A stretch of 35,967 bases of DNA from a virus (taxonomy: Duplodnaviria; Caudoviricetes), in IMG/VR virus record IMGVR_UViG_3300042558_003131, positions 1 to 35,967 of that record; one strand, given 5' to 3'. The notes beneath the pieces are model-generated. The model saw nothing but the letters and a program-made list of their open reading frames with translations. It had not been told where the DNA came from and ran no database searches. Below are positions 29,172 to 35,967 of this stretch, piece after piece; within the stretch, counting starts at the first letter, position 1; each line of letters starts with the position of its first letter. Both the position numbers and the translations under genes were made by a program.

Positions 29172-30146
29172 TTATATTCCTGGTATGATAAATAAATTAT
29201 CCACAGACTCAAAAAATCCTGGAACATCTTTTAGTGGTGATGTTATTGGGTTTGTTGGAGTTGTGGTGGTTGTATTGCTTAAGGTTGAATCTCCAATTGC
29301 TGTGATTGTACCAATTAATTTGGTTGGATACGGTGTTACTTTTTCTGGAGCTACTGGAGCTGGTGTAATTGCTTTTTGATGACTTACTCCGTCAACATAT
29401 GCAAATGTGCTCAGTAATTCTGGAATGCGAGATTGTAGACATGCTAACTCGTATTGCGTATCTTCTAAGAAATAAGCCTTTCCAATGTTAGTAATGATAT
29501 TAGCATTCTTTAAGACGACTATCATATCATCTAAGAGCTCTGCTAACTTTGTACCTAATACAAGTGGCTCGTAAGCTTGATTTGGAATTGGATCTGACTT
29601 TGTTGTTGGTTTTGGGACATCCTTTGTACTCCAAGACTCCCCTTTATTAGGTACTCCTAGAAACAATCCTCTTTCACCAAATAAAGTTACTGAATCACCA
29701 CTATCAATGTGTACTGGTCCAGTCGATGCTATTGCTACGTTTTTTCCAAAAAGCATTAAGTAATCTTTATCTGCGTTTATGAGTACACGACTACTATTAA
29801 TTACTATCTGGCCAGTCTTTTTTGCAAAATTGTTTATAAATAGACCGTCTGTTCCCGTCTTAATTGATAGGTTTTTCTTTACTGCTTCGGGTCCTCCTCC
29901 TGGTGCTGTACCTATTTCTTGTTCATAGGAAAGATCTTCCATTGGGAAGTCTATAACAGGAAGTTGTTGTACTTCTATTTCAATACTTCTTCCTACTAAA
30001 TCTTGTGCATTGAATCCACCAGAACCAGATGCTCCACCCTCACCCCCAAAACCGCCTGCACCGGATGACGTTCCTTCTAAGGCCTTTTTTAAGCCTCCTT
30101 CTTCGTTTACTTTGGCAAGTATCTCTGCGTACGTTATTGCTGGCAT
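29172..30146 (-). CDS. Putative baseplate spike C-terminal part (gp5/gpV-like beta-strand region)
   Basis: Short beta-strand repeats GQIVINSSRVLINADKDYLMLFGKNVAIASTGPVHIDSGDSVTL, then LFLG...EPLVLGTKLAELL, typical of spike C-termini. Confidence 0.55.
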   Translation of the reverse strand: MPAITYAEILAKVNEEGGLKKALEGTSSGAGGFGGEGGASGSGGFNAQDLVGRSIEIEVQQLPVIDFPMEDLSYEQEIGTAPGGGPEAVKKNLSIKTGTDGLFINNFAKKTGQIVINSSRVLINADKDYLMLFGKNVAIASTGPVHIDSGDSVTLFGERGLFLGVPNKGESWSTKDVPKPTTKSDPIPNQAYEPLVLGTKLAELLDDMIVVLKNANIITNIGKAYFLEDTQYELACLQSRIPELLSTFAYVDGVSHQKAITPAPVAPEKVTPYPTKLIGTITAIGDSTLSNTTTTTPTNPITSPLKDVPGFFESVDNLFIIPGI

Positions 30147-30155
30147 ATGTTATTT

Positions 30156-31127
30156 TTAACCTCCGGTAGGATAGTTTATTGTCATTGATTCATATATCTT
30201 AGCTTTTGCTCCTAAAAAAGCTGTTTCTTTCTCGTCAAACTTAAACATACCAGTTACATTCTTATTAAACACCTCGTTAATAATAATGCACATTTTTAAA
30301 TCCGATGTTGGCCAATTTACTAATCGATTAAACCAACCTTTACGAAAAATATTATTTTTGCTGCCTGGTCTACTAATTCGATCATAAAAGCCAATTTGAT
30401 TGGCAAAACATGCTACAGCAAATTGTTCTACTTTGCCTGAACCTAAAGTAGCTATCCACGATACCCAACCATCAGTTCCTGAAGCTTTTCCTCTTCCAAA
30501 GCTTTTATGCGCTACGCCATCGTAAGATGCTTTTGCTGAATTATTGAAAACTGAACCAGGACCACCTCCCCAACACATTTCAAATTGAATATATCCTAAC
30601 CAAGCATCTTCTGCCATTACTGCAATTGGATATCCGCTAGACGGTGAACACAACCCACCCCATATAAATAAAGAGGCTACTTTATGGCTTGAATTAAAAG
30701 TATACAAAGCACCTTTAACATGCTCACCTCTTCGATCTCCACTTGCTACATTTGGATAGTTTTTTTTAAGTTCTTTTGCTTTATCTGATATATAACCAAG
30801 TCCTGCACCTGCTGTTGCGTTAATAAACAATCGATCATAGTTACCTTGAAAGGTAGATGAAATTACTCCACGCATTGTTGGGCCTCCGGAGTCACTTGGG
30901 TGATCTCCCCATCCACCTTCAAATTTTTGAACTTGTGGAATAAGGAATCCCTCAGCTAACTGCATCAATGTTGATACACGAATTTTAGGTGTAATACCAG
31001 CTCCCCTAAGAGCACCTTCTACAAAACTCTTTACTATTTTTTCGTAATTTTTCTCAATCTCATCTGCAATGTACTTACATTTTGCAGCAAAGCCTGGATC
31101 TATGGATGGTGGTGTGTTATATCCCAT
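30156..31127 (-). CDS. Glycoside hydrolase family 108 lysozyme-like protein
   Basis: FEGGWGDHPSDSGGPTMRGV matches the GH108 EGGY-x-(N/D)-x-P-x-D-x-GG-x-T-xx-GI motif; C-terminal IFRKGWFNRL matches the associated PG_binding_3 motif. Confidence 0.85.
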   Translation of the reverse strand: MGYNTPPSIDPGFAAKCKYIADEIEKNYEKIVKSFVEGALRGAGITPKIRVSTLMQLAEGFLIPQVQKFEGGWGDHPSDSGGPTMRGVISSTFQGNYDRLFINATAGAGLGYISDKAKELKKNYPNVASGDRRGEHVKGALYTFNSSHKVASLFIWGGLCSPSSGYPIAVMAEDAWLGYIQFEMCWGGGPGSVFNNSAKASYDGVAHKSFGRGKASGTDGWVSWIATLGSGKVEQFAVACFANQIGFYDRISRPGSKNNIFRKGWFNRLVNWPTSDLKMCIIINEVFNKNVTGMFKFDEKETAFLGAKAKIYESMTINYPTGG

Positions 31128-31152
31128 TTACTATACCTTTAGTTAATATCAA

Positions 31153-32211
31153 TTATTCCTCCTCTGAATCTCCCTGGAAATTTGGATCTATTTCTTCTTC
31201 TATATTACTTAGATTGGGTGGGTTTACGTCTGGATTAGTATCTTTTGTATCCTCTCCTTCTTGTACTTGTTTATTAGGTTCCTGATCCATTTCAACAACT
31301 TTAGAATATATCTGCTCGTAAAGTTTACTAGTAGACTTAATTTGATCGTCTTTTTTGTCTGACCCAGCCGTTACAGTATATGCTTCTTCCCAAGTTTTCA
31401 TTCGTTTAGGAATTTGTAACTTTAGTTCTATGTTTTGAGTTGAGCATAAGTAAATAGAACCTTGATCTTTTGTAGGATCTTCTACCACATACATATCGGC
31501 AGTATCTGTAACGTTTTCACTATTTACGCGTAATGTCATGATTGGATCACCAGGTAATCCGTAGCTCTTCCACGGTAAAGCTTCGTCTCCTCTCTCTCTT
31601 TTGCCTTCAGTTTTAGGAGCTGTTGATCCTAAACGTATACTATTTCCAAACCGTCCTTGTAGTATAAAGTCCCCCTCATAAGGTTGGATTTGCGGATATA
31701 TCTTAACCTCATCTCCATCTCTATATACTGCTTCATCAATTAATTTATTCTTAAACCGCTTTGTTGCAATTGAAGTTGCTACTCGTGATTTAGATATAGT
31801 ATCTACGTTGGATATTATAAATGGAGTTTGATTTGATGTAATAATGTGATTGGTATTCACATTAAATGCATAAAAAGATATTCGCTGTAATGCGTTTGCT
31901 GAGGGTAATTTAACATCACCAAAAGCCTCAAAAATCATTACTTGTTCTCCAGGTAGTGGATATCGACCTAACGCTCTATCCATTGGCCATGCTTCTGTTG
32001 TTATCTCATCCTCTATCCTACTTCTAAATGGAGTAAGGTTTCCAACATCTCGATATCTAATTTTACCAATATCAGCTGGGTTTTCATACATCTTTGACTC
32101 AGTATCCATACACACCTCGAGCACATGGGCAGGTACAATACGCTGCCTCTGTAATCCGGGTTCTACTGGATTTTGACCATATGGACCTTGAAAGATGTCA
32201 AACATTCCCAT
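31153..32211 (-). CDS. Putative baseplate spike/hub N-terminal part (gp5 OB-fold-like)
   Basis: AHVLEV...IGKIRYR...AWPM...YPLPGEQVMI follows the OB-fold pattern of gp5/gpV N-termini; then EGDFILQGRFGNSIRLG; acidic tail. Confidence 0.55.
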   Translation of the reverse strand: MGMFDIFQGPYGQNPVEPGLQRQRIVPAHVLEVCMDTESKMYENPADIGKIRYRDVGNLTPFRSRIEDEITTEAWPMDRALGRYPLPGEQVMIFEAFGDVKLPSANALQRISFYAFNVNTNHIITSNQTPFIISNVDTISKSRVATSIATKRFKNKLIDEAVYRDGDEVKIYPQIQPYEGDFILQGRFGNSIRLGSTAPKTEGKRERGDEALPWKSYGLPGDPIMTLRVNSENVTDTADMYVVEDPTKDQGSIYLCSTQNIELKLQIPKRMKTWEEAYTVTAGSDKKDDQIKSTSKLYEQIYSKVVEMDQEPNKQVQEGEDTKDTNPDVNPPNLSNIEEEIDPNFQGDSEEE

Positions 32212-32213
32212 GC

Positions 32214-32555
32214 TTACGCTTTGTCTATTAGTTCTTGAGCTTCGGACATTAGCTGAGCACGCTCTGATTCAGATAAACCAAATTCTCCATCTGTTGGAAT
32301 CTTTGTTGTACTGACTAATAATCTTTGAATGATTGCTGTTAACTTAACTAAGTTATCATCGTTTTTTACTGAGACTTCCAAGTACTCTTTCACAAGTGGT
32401 ACCATAACAGAAGCGTCAGTCATACTCTTAATCATCGGCTTCAATTGCTCAATCAACCCATTAATTTGTGTTTCTTTTTTCTTTGTGTTTACGTAAACAT
32501 CCTGCAGTAAATCTGAGAATGTCTTATCTCCAAACAGCAAACTATCCTTATCCAT
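32214..32555 (-). CDS. Hypothetical helical protein, first gene of the late block (start revised to 32555)
   Basis: The track start at 32588 would span the promoter motif; ATG at 32555 (MDKDSLLF) lies 14 nt downstream of it. Confidence 0.75.
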   Translation of the reverse strand: MDKDSLLFGDKTFSDLLQDVYVNTKKKETQINGLIEQLKPMIKSMTDASVMVPLVKEYLEVSVKNDDNLVKLTAIIQRLLVSTTKIPTDGEFGLSESERAQLMSEAQELIDKA

Positions 32556-32569
32556 ATGCTTTACTTTTA

Positions 32570-32578
32570 TATAAATAG
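32570..32578 (-). promoter_or_regulatory. Putative late promoter CTATTTATA
   Basis: Recurring motif at the head of the structural block. Confidence 0.7.
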
Positions 32579-32596
32579 CAGCAAACAAAAATAGTA

Positions 32597-32842
32597 CTAA
32601 ATCCTTATACCTGGATTTTGTTTTACCTCGTTAAGGTATTGTTGAAGCTTTTTAATTTGAACTCCCGCTATCCATGGATCACGGTTTTGATAAAAGCCTA
32701 AGTCGATAAGCTCTTGCCTACCGACTTTCTTAGGATCAAATTCATAAGCTTCAAGATTTGCACCTCCACCTATTTCTTCCCAATTCTTAATTTGGGATTC
32801 TAGTATGGATATTAGCTCTTCTTTGTTTATTGCAATTAACAT
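32597..32842 (-). CDS. Hypothetical protein
   Basis: 81-aa ORF with TAATG coupling to the sigma-like gene. Confidence 0.7.
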   Translation of the reverse strand: MLIAINKEELISILESQIKNWEEIGGGANLEAYEFDPKKVGRQELIDLGFYQNRDPWIAGVQIKKLQQYLNEVKQNPGIRI

Positions 32843-33573
32843 TAATATGTTTTATCCTTTGGTATGTATCCGTACTGTAAGTAATCGTTATACATTATCC
32901 TATACTTATCTTTTAGGAACTTTACCATTCTTGTTATTTGTTGAGTGTTTGCATCTGACATCTCTCTTATGTAGATGTAAAGTGCTTTCTTATTAAACAA
33001 CTCGATAGTATCTCTAGTTTTGAATAAATGTAATATTGCATAAGCTAAAACTTTATCGTTTTGCTTTGAGAAAACCTCTTCAATCTTCTCATCCCAATAC
33101 TCCACATACTTGTTAACAAACATATTTAACTGTTGCTCTTTATCTTCAATTTCAATATAAGTTGTTCCCATTACAAGATCACTACCTACATCTAATCGAT
33201 CATGACTTAGTAGCTTTTTGTAGTTGCTTTTGTTTTTAAGAATACAAAAGTTTTTAGCAACTATACTGAAGTAACTAAATGCCTTTCCGTTTGCTTGCTT
33301 GAACTTAGGAAGCTTCTCTACTAGAAAACTAACCACCTCATGCTGCTGTTGTTGCATTGTTTGATCTCCAGTATAGTAGAATTTAAAAGTATGAATAATA
33401 TTTTCAACTAGCTTCTCAAATGCTGGTTGAATACCTTTTTGATAAATTCTACTTCTTTCTAAGAAATCTTCTGACTCGTTGTATTTTATTATCTCAAAGT
33501 CGACGTCTGGTCCAAAGTATAATCTCTTAGTCTTCGGCTTTCTCGTTTTCTTTATCTTCTGTTGTATTGACAT
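32842..33573 (-). CDS. Phage late sigma factor, T4 gp55-like
   Basis: AFEKLVENIIHTFKFY...EVVSFLVEKLPKFKQANGKAFSYFSIVAKN resembles sigma region 2 of gp55-type factors (F-x5-6-AF-x-YF); located just upstream of the late block. Confidence 0.7.
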   Translation of the reverse strand: MSIQQKIKKTRKPKTKRLYFGPDVDFEIIKYNESEDFLERSRIYQKGIQPAFEKLVENIIHTFKFYYTGDQTMQQQQHEVVSFLVEKLPKFKQANGKAFSYFSIVAKNFCILKNKSNYKKLLSHDRLDVGSDLVMGTTYIEIEDKEQQLNMFVNKYVEYWDEKIEEVFSKQNDKVLAYAILHLFKTRDTIELFNKKALYIYIREMSDANTQQITRMVKFLKDKYRIMYNDYLQYGYIPKDKTY

Positions 33574-33841
33574 ACTTTGTTATAAATTGGTATAAATCGT
33601 CGATCGATTCGTCGATATCTTTAAATATAAAGCCCACTTCATCGTCGGCTTTAAATGCTCCTAGGCGATCTACCTCTTGCAATTTATTACGCGTTTCAGT
33701 AAAGCGTAAGAATAAAACTGAGATAAAACGCACATAGGCTTCACAATATTCAGAAGCTCTTTCTGACTTTTTCCAGTTAGCGTAAACCAAGTAACCTAAT
33801 ACAAGGTTGCAGATAATTGTTATAATTAGTGCTACTATCAT
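33527..33841 (-). CDS. Small membrane-anchored protein
   Basis: N-terminal hydrophobic helix MIVALIITIICNLVLGYLVY followed by KK and a helical domain; overlaps the next gene by 47 nt. Confidence 0.7.
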   Translation of the reverse strand: MIVALIITIICNLVLGYLVYANWKKSERASEYCEAYVRFISVLFLRFTETRNKLQEVDRLGAFKADDEVGFIFKDIDESIDDLYQFITKYVNTTEDKENEKAED

Positions 33842-34608
33842 TATTCAAAAAGTTTTCCAAATACATCCATTAAATCATCCTTCTGCTCTTGTGATATAGA
33901 TTCAGGAATGGTTAACGATCGTTTGGTAGGTTTAACATTAGTCCTTGGTGCTGATGATTGAACGTCTAGTTGTTTACCTATTAAATCCTTTTCTACTTTA
34001 GATGCCATCATATCTGCTTGATGTAATATATAGGGTAGGTTAGTACGTAGTGCACTTTCTGGATTGTAGTTAACGTAATAAGGCTTATTAGACTCTTCAT
34101 ACATTCCATCGTGTAGTTTAATTCCAAACCACTCATTGTCGGTTATTTTAATTCCTCTATCCGATAAAAGTTTTAAACTTCTATCTGGAACAGTCATAAA
34201 CGAGTTTACTGGATTGTTAGTATAGATCTTTCCTTGATTCTTTCTATGCCACTCTGAAGGATTGATAATATATTGCTCAGCTTGCTCTGTACCAATCTTA
34301 CCTAAATCATGATTAAGTGCTGCAAAGATGAGCTCTTCTTGTGTATGATTCATATTAGCTCCGTACGACTCCCATACCTCATTTACTGTAATAGCCATAT
34401 CGATAACTCGAATAACATGATCTACATATCCACCTGGAAAGCAGTTATGATAATTAATATTACCACTTGCTGGCATCAATAAGAGACGCTCTTCGTGATC
34501 CATATACAACTTCTTTAGTTGTTCTTTTCTATCTCCTTCAAAGTACTTATCAATGTAACTGATAAGTTTATCAAAGTTTTCTTGTAACTGCTCTGCTGTA
34601 AAATTCAT
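33841..34608 (-). CDS. HD-domain phosphohydrolase (YhaM/Cbf1-like catalytic domain)
   Basis: PAS...YHNCFPGGYVDH, AALNHDLGKIG, IKLHDG, ILHQAD. Confidence 0.88.
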   Translation of the reverse strand: MNFTAEQLQENFDKLISYIDKYFEGDRKEQLKKLYMDHEERLLLMPASGNINYHNCFPGGYVDHVIRVIDMAITVNEVWESYGANMNHTQEELIFAALNHDLGKIGTEQAEQYIINPSEWHRKNQGKIYTNNPVNSFMTVPDRSLKLLSDRGIKITDNEWFGIKLHDGMYEESNKPYYVNYNPESALRTNLPYILHQADMMASKVEKDLIGKQLDVQSSAPRTNVKPTKRSLTIPESISQEQKDDLMDVFGKLFE

Positions 34609-34611
34609 AAC

Positions 34612-35064
34612 TTATATTAGTTTTTGTAACCGTTTTAATTCTATTTCAATCTTTTTACGATAAGTAACTCTAGCCTCTTTAACTAAGTCTTTTTTAAGCT
34701 TACTATATCTAGCTAAAGCTTCTTGCTTCTCCTGATCCTTTTGTACTTTACTTTTTTTAATCTTTGGCTCCTTCACTGTCAAAGGTGTGGCTGGAAGAGT
34801 ACCTTTCAGTTCTTCCTGCTCCTCTCCTCGAAAATATACTGTACCATTCTCGTGTACAAATTGTTTCATAAATCTCCATCCCTTTGGATATCCGACTGAC
34901 TTTTTCTTAGGTGCATCCTCAGGTGACCAAGAATCTACAACACACTCCCAGCAGGTGTATGATGTTACAGTAATAGCAGCTTTCTTTTCTGCTCCACAAC
35001 ACTTACAAGATACTGTATGTACCTCTTGTGTTCTTTTGTTTGTAGTTTTTGCTTTTGTTTCCAT
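34612..35064 (-). CDS. Hypothetical protein with putative zinc finger
   Basis: CKCC...CWEC and a basic helical C-terminus. Confidence 0.7.
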   Translation of the reverse strand: METKAKTTNKRTQEVHTVSCKCCGAEKKAAITVTSYTCWECVVDSWSPEDAPKKKSVGYPKGWRFMKQFVHENGTVYFRGEEQEELKGTLPATPLTVKEPKIKKSKVQKDQEKQEALARYSKLKKDLVKEARVTYRKKIEIELKRLQKLI

Positions 35065-35071
35065 ATAGCTA

Positions 35072-35100
35072 ACTATACTAATTAATTATCAAACTAGCAA
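35072..35100 (-). promoter_or_regulatory. Sigma70-like promoter
   Basis: TTGCTA (35100-35095), 17-nt spacer, TATAGT (35077-35072), 7 nt before the ATG at 35064. Confidence 0.65.
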
Positions 35101-35103
35101 GCT

Positions 35104-35529
35104 TTAATTTGGAGAAGATGTTAGGAAAGGCATTCTAGTATCTACTAGAGCAGTAAACCATACCTTATTGTGAATGGTATGTTTTGATTTGTGAATTGGA
35201 ATATCGCCATGTACGTTATAAGAATACAGAACAGCTTCCTTAATTAATTTTCGAGATCTACTATAGATAAAGAGAATATAGTCTTCCTGCAAATAGAATA
35301 TTACATCTTTATAATCCTCTTCCGGATCAAATTCATTTTCTATTTCAGCTAGTAACATAAAATCCTCTACATAGCAATCGTAAATATATTTTCTATCAGC
35401 TTTATTATATATTAGAGCTGTATCAAAAAGAGGAGCTTCCTCATCGTTCACAACTTTGCGTGCACGTGAAAGCTCCTCAGATGCTTTAGCTAAAAACTTA
35501 GATTGGACTAATTGTTTATAGCATTTCAT
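35104..35529 (-). CDS. Hypothetical protein
   Basis: 141-aa ORF filling the gap on the coding strand; no recognised motif. Confidence 0.65.
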   Translation of the reverse strand: MKCYKQLVQSKFLAKASEELSRARKVVNDEEAPLFDTALIYNKADRKYIYDCYVEDFMLLAEIENEFDPEEDYKDVIFYLQEDYILFIYSRSRKLIKEAVLYSYNVHGDIPIHKSKHTIHNKVWFTALVDTRMPFLTSSPN

Positions 35530-35532
35530 TGT

Positions 35533-35871
35533 TTAATCTTTATTTACGTTCGCATTTGGTTTTTTACGACGACCTCTACGTGCTTTAGGTTTTTCTTCGC
35601 CTTGTAATACAATTCTATTTTCAATTGCTTTATCAGCTGTCTTTGCAATAGTGTTTACATGATTGCGAGCCTTAGACATAGTTAGTGCTGTTTGCACTTC
35701 TTTCTTTTCGCTTTGTAATTTAAGGATTGTAGATCCAGCTTTTTCCGCAAACTCTTTAGTAGCTTGGTACTTCGCCTCAATATCCTTTTTTCTATTTAAT
35801 TCTCTTTTATAAAGTAGAATAAATACTCCAGTAGATAATAAACTAGAAATTGTTAAAATTGGTAAAACCAT
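35533..35871 (-). CDS. Membrane-anchored coiled-coil protein
   Basis: N-terminal hydrophobic helix, coiled coil, basic tail KPKARRGRRKKP. Confidence 0.7.
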   Translation of the reverse strand: MVLPILTISSLLSTGVFILLYKRELNRKKDIEAKYQATKEFAEKAGSTILKLQSEKKEVQTALTMSKARNHVNTIAKTADKAIENRIVLQGEEKPKARRGRRKKPNANVNKD

Positions 35872-35906
35872 AAAAATTAAGTATTAAATGTATTATTTAT
35901 TTTATT

Positions 35907-35935
35907 AATATCACGAAAAAAAACCAGAAAAGCAA
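35907..35935 (-). promoter_or_regulatory. Possible sigma70-like promoter
   Basis: TTGCTT, 17-nt spacer, GATATT; weaker -10 than the other two sites. Confidence 0.35.
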
Positions 35936-35967
35936 CAGTTAAGTGAAAATAATTTAAAAAAATACAA

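Noticed and set aside
29166-30158. In-frame arrangement of GH108, spike C-part and M15 genes suggesting stop-codon readthrough
   Set aside because: The first junction has two in-frame stops (TAA AAA TAA CAT ATG); the TAA-NNN-ATG spacing at the second also occurs between unrelated genes (6385/6381, 34612/34608, 35533/35529).
30663-30670. Seventh TATAAATA copy
   Set aside because: Inside the GH108 coding sequence (LFI codons), lacks the preceding A/C and is about 500 nt from the next start; probably chance. My scan for internal copies was not exhaustive.
31130-31152. TATAGT just upstream of the GH108 gene
   Set aside because: The nearest TTG hexamer gives an 11-nt spacer, not 17; only 2 nt to the ATG.
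20596-32211. Bacterial contractile injection system (eCIS/T6SS) rather than phage
   Set aside because: Linked primase, resolvase, gp46/47-like nuclease, gp55-like sigma and single-strand dense packing indicate a phage genome.
32556-32588. ORF-track N-terminal extension MFAAIYIKVKH
   Set aside because: It spans the promoter motif; the ATG at 32555 is more plausible.
1316-35068. All plus-strand ORFs in the track and the nested minus-strand ORF 8895-9122
   Set aside because: Short shadows lying over long motif-bearing minus-strand genes, with no recognisable motifs.
33527-35871. Single-TM proteins as holin or spanin
   Set aside because: No lipoprotein partner or adjacent lysin, and they sit in the non-structural block; insufficient support.
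1-35967. Alternative genetic code (TAG or TGA recoding)
   Set aside because: Long genes are intact under the standard code, and TAG/TGA terminate genes at sensible boundaries.
1-35967. CRISPR arrays, tRNAs, introns/inteins, DGR elements, integrase or IS elements
   Set aside because: Intergenic gaps are all under about 100 bp, and I saw no spaced repeats, cloverleafs, reverse transcriptase, transposase or intein motifs by eye.

Overview
The window is an AT-rich segment of a large tailed dsDNA phage (myovirus-like, with T4-superfamily-type baseplate genes). All credible genes lie on the minus strand and are tightly packed. Reading in the direction of transcription (right to left): (i) small genes, an HD-domain hydrolase and a gp55-like late sigma factor; (ii) a tail/baseplate block with an apparently split gp5-like spike interleaved with a GH108 lysozyme, a tandem-domain M15 peptidase, a long coiled-coil protein, gp25- and gp6-like wedge genes, two Ig-domain paralogs and LamG-containing proteins; (iii) an embedded island with a T7 endonuclease I-like resolvase, a DnaG-type primase and a fused Mre11-Rad50 (SbcD-SbcC); (iv) a structural-type gene running off the left edge, missing from the ORF track. 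Two promoter classes are visible in the DNA: TTG-N17-TATAGT sites before non-structural genes, and an MTATTTATA motif before six late-type genes that is the exact reverse complement of the T4 late promoter TATAAATA. Shine-Dalgarno sites are largely absent, hinting at a Bacteroidota-like host (inference). All family calls come from motif recognition by eye; no searches were run.
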